Positions 63,501 through 64,000 of a stretch of 64,000 nucleotides of DNA are shown here, piece by piece. Under the pieces are notes generated by a model. The model ran no database searches, was not told where the DNA came from, and was given only the letters and a program-made list of their open reading frames with translations. Position 1 is the stretch's first letter, and each line of letters starts with the position of its first letter. The stretch spans positions 512,001 through 576,000 of the forward strand of contig CAVUQH010000004.1 of assembly GCA_963743525.1 (NCBI GenBank). The letters are read 5' to 3'. This DNA comes from an uncultured delta proteobacterium (lineage in GTDB: Bacteria > Myxococcota_A > Polyangia > Haliangiales > Haliangiaceae). Made by a program: the position numbers and the translations under genes.

Positions 63501-64000
63501 CGACTGTCGTGACCTCGCCACCGCCGCCGAGCAGATCTTGCGGGAACGCTGCCGGGGCACCACCTGGGAGCTGAGCAGCGCGCAGATGTACTGGATGTGG
63601 GCGCTGTACTGGCTCGGCGATTTCGCAGAGCTCGGCACCGTCGTGAACCAATTCGTGCGCGAGGCGCGGGAGCGCGGCGACCTGTATGCCGAGGTCAGCA
63701 TGAGCACCGGACTGCCGAGCTTTGCCGGGCTGGCAAACGACCAGCCGGAAGCAACCCGGACGCGGGTGCAAGCGGCCTTCGACCGCTGGGTCGCCGAGGG
63801 CTTCCATCTACAGCACTACTGGGCGCATCTGGGCCTGGCGCAGTGCGAGCTGTACGCCGGCGATCCGCTGGCCGCGCTGCGGCGCATGGACGAGATCATT
63901 CCCGCGATGCGGCGCGCCTTCCTCTATCGCATCGCGTTGGTGCGCGCGGAAATCACCCAGTTGTGCGGCCGTGCCGCGTTGGCCGCCTCGATGCTCGATG
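60517..64000 (+). CDS. Ser/Thr kinase-AAA ATPase-TPR multidomain protein; runs off the window end
   Basis: Not in the ORF track. Frame from GTG 60517, spot-checked in several places: LGSGGMGVVY, HRDIKPSN, DFG, GTPAYAAPEQ, GRSGMGKT, GRCYERESVPY, IDDLQWGD, GNPFF, HDRIRE. Confidence 0.92.
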   Translation, partial: MGDSQPSADRDLRDDLTGPGRFEILRRLGSGGMGVVYEAHDRERDLRVALKTLKRVNAASIYRFKREFRSLADVSHPNLVTLYELIGIADRWFFTMELIDGVDLLSYVRRHPTVDSEVREDSTASLAARRLASSPGGDETSPTNVGTSSSPSRQRIVPPADSAIVWRILPQLGEALNALHRTGHLHRDIKPSNILVTPDDRLVLLDFGVITELAGHRHNVLGEGFVGTPAYAAPEQAADPWVPSPASDWYSVGAILYEALAGRRPHSGSAEAMLEAKCSRDPVPLHVHNPDVDESLAELCMSLLSRDPSARPTGEQIVARLRARQPSPEPGRRRERTSTAAELALVGRDRQLGELDRAFELVRGGSGAAVHVQGRSGMGKTALVQHFLADIADRGDALVLSGRCYERESVPYQALDSLVDALCRYLLDLPRARADALMPLDVRHLARAFPVLRRVEAIARAQRRSVNEETEPLEARRRVFGALRELLARLAEQRPLVLFIDDLQWGDVDSAQFLARLMRPPVPPLLFVVTYRSEELSSSAALEIVRAAAETDEARTRFIDITIGRLPLADARELATELLREAGAPVDAAEHIARESHGNPFFVHEFARYVSSHGTGGRAEDLDLAEVIMARIGALSDDARRLMKTIAVAGRPLMQGLASRAAGIGDGLPRALAELRSAHLVRTTGARAYDTVECYHDRIRETVLGRLADDELRTIHLDVARGLASSAQPDIELMALHYAAAGERLVAFDYAVSAAETAAKALAFERAAALFRLAVELEPDDNPDRGLLRSQLGDALVNSGRGVEAAEAFLAAVPDVDPQTGLDLQVRAGSELLRSGRLAEGLDVLAPALAGAGANLASSPRRALWSLLLGRLRTRLRGLHFRPRSPAEIPQAQLTRIDAFAGASGPLGMADNLRGADVQTRHLLAALRAGEPTRVGRALVYESALSTLGGPRTRRRTNRLLGMVDEIASDTGDPRLSGQHKAMSALAAYQCGEWTDCRDLATAAEQILRERCRGTTWELSSAQMYWMWALYWLGDFAELGTVVNQFVREARERGDLYAEVSMSTGLPSFAGLANDQPEATRTRVQAAFDRWVAEGFHLQHYWAHLGLAQCELYAGDPLAALRRMDEIIPAMRRAFLYRIALVRAEITQLCGRAALAASMLD

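Noticed and set aside
1..64000. tRNA, rRNA, riboswitch, IS element, integrase or prophage
   Set aside because: None recognised by eye, and intergenic spaces are short. A covariance-model search would be needed to exclude small structured RNAs.

Overview
A very GC-rich (roughly 70% by eye) bacterial window with about 55 protein-coding genes. I see no rRNA, tRNA, CRISPR array or transposase. Three Hanks-type Ser/Thr kinases, Cys-rich lipoproteins, a TPR/PEGA-like gene and a DUF4157 protein suggest Myxococcota (inference). Main blocks: (1) an anaerobic benzoyl-CoA pathway operon, had-oah-dch-tetR-bcrCBAD-hemerythrin-GNAT (9.9-19.1 kb), with a PaaR-like operator; (2) a probable lipid-modification region: GGR-like flavoenzyme plus cfa-like methyltransferase, and TetR-radical SAM-duplicated DUF2878-like membrane protein (19-24.7 kb); (3) a DUF4157 protein plus glycosyltransferase converging on rmlCDB (27-33.3 kb); (4) a tightly coupled six-gene minus-strand operon behind a probable sigma54 promoter (51.9-60.3 kb): O/P-type porin, lipoprotein, VTC polyphosphate-polymerase domain, degenerate Na/Pi transporter with IPT and PhoU domains, thymidylate-kinase-like enzyme with a helical-repeat tail, and an ABC exporter. 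Block 4 is my best candidate for an undescribed system. Two window-wide signals: TANNNT -10 boxes 6-7 nt before the start codons of many transcription-unit-leading genes (leaderless mRNAs), and sequence anomalies concentrated at GTCGAC that point to a DNA methylation motif. About 8 single-base frameshifts are probably assembly errors. All family calls come from motif recognition by eye; no searches were run.
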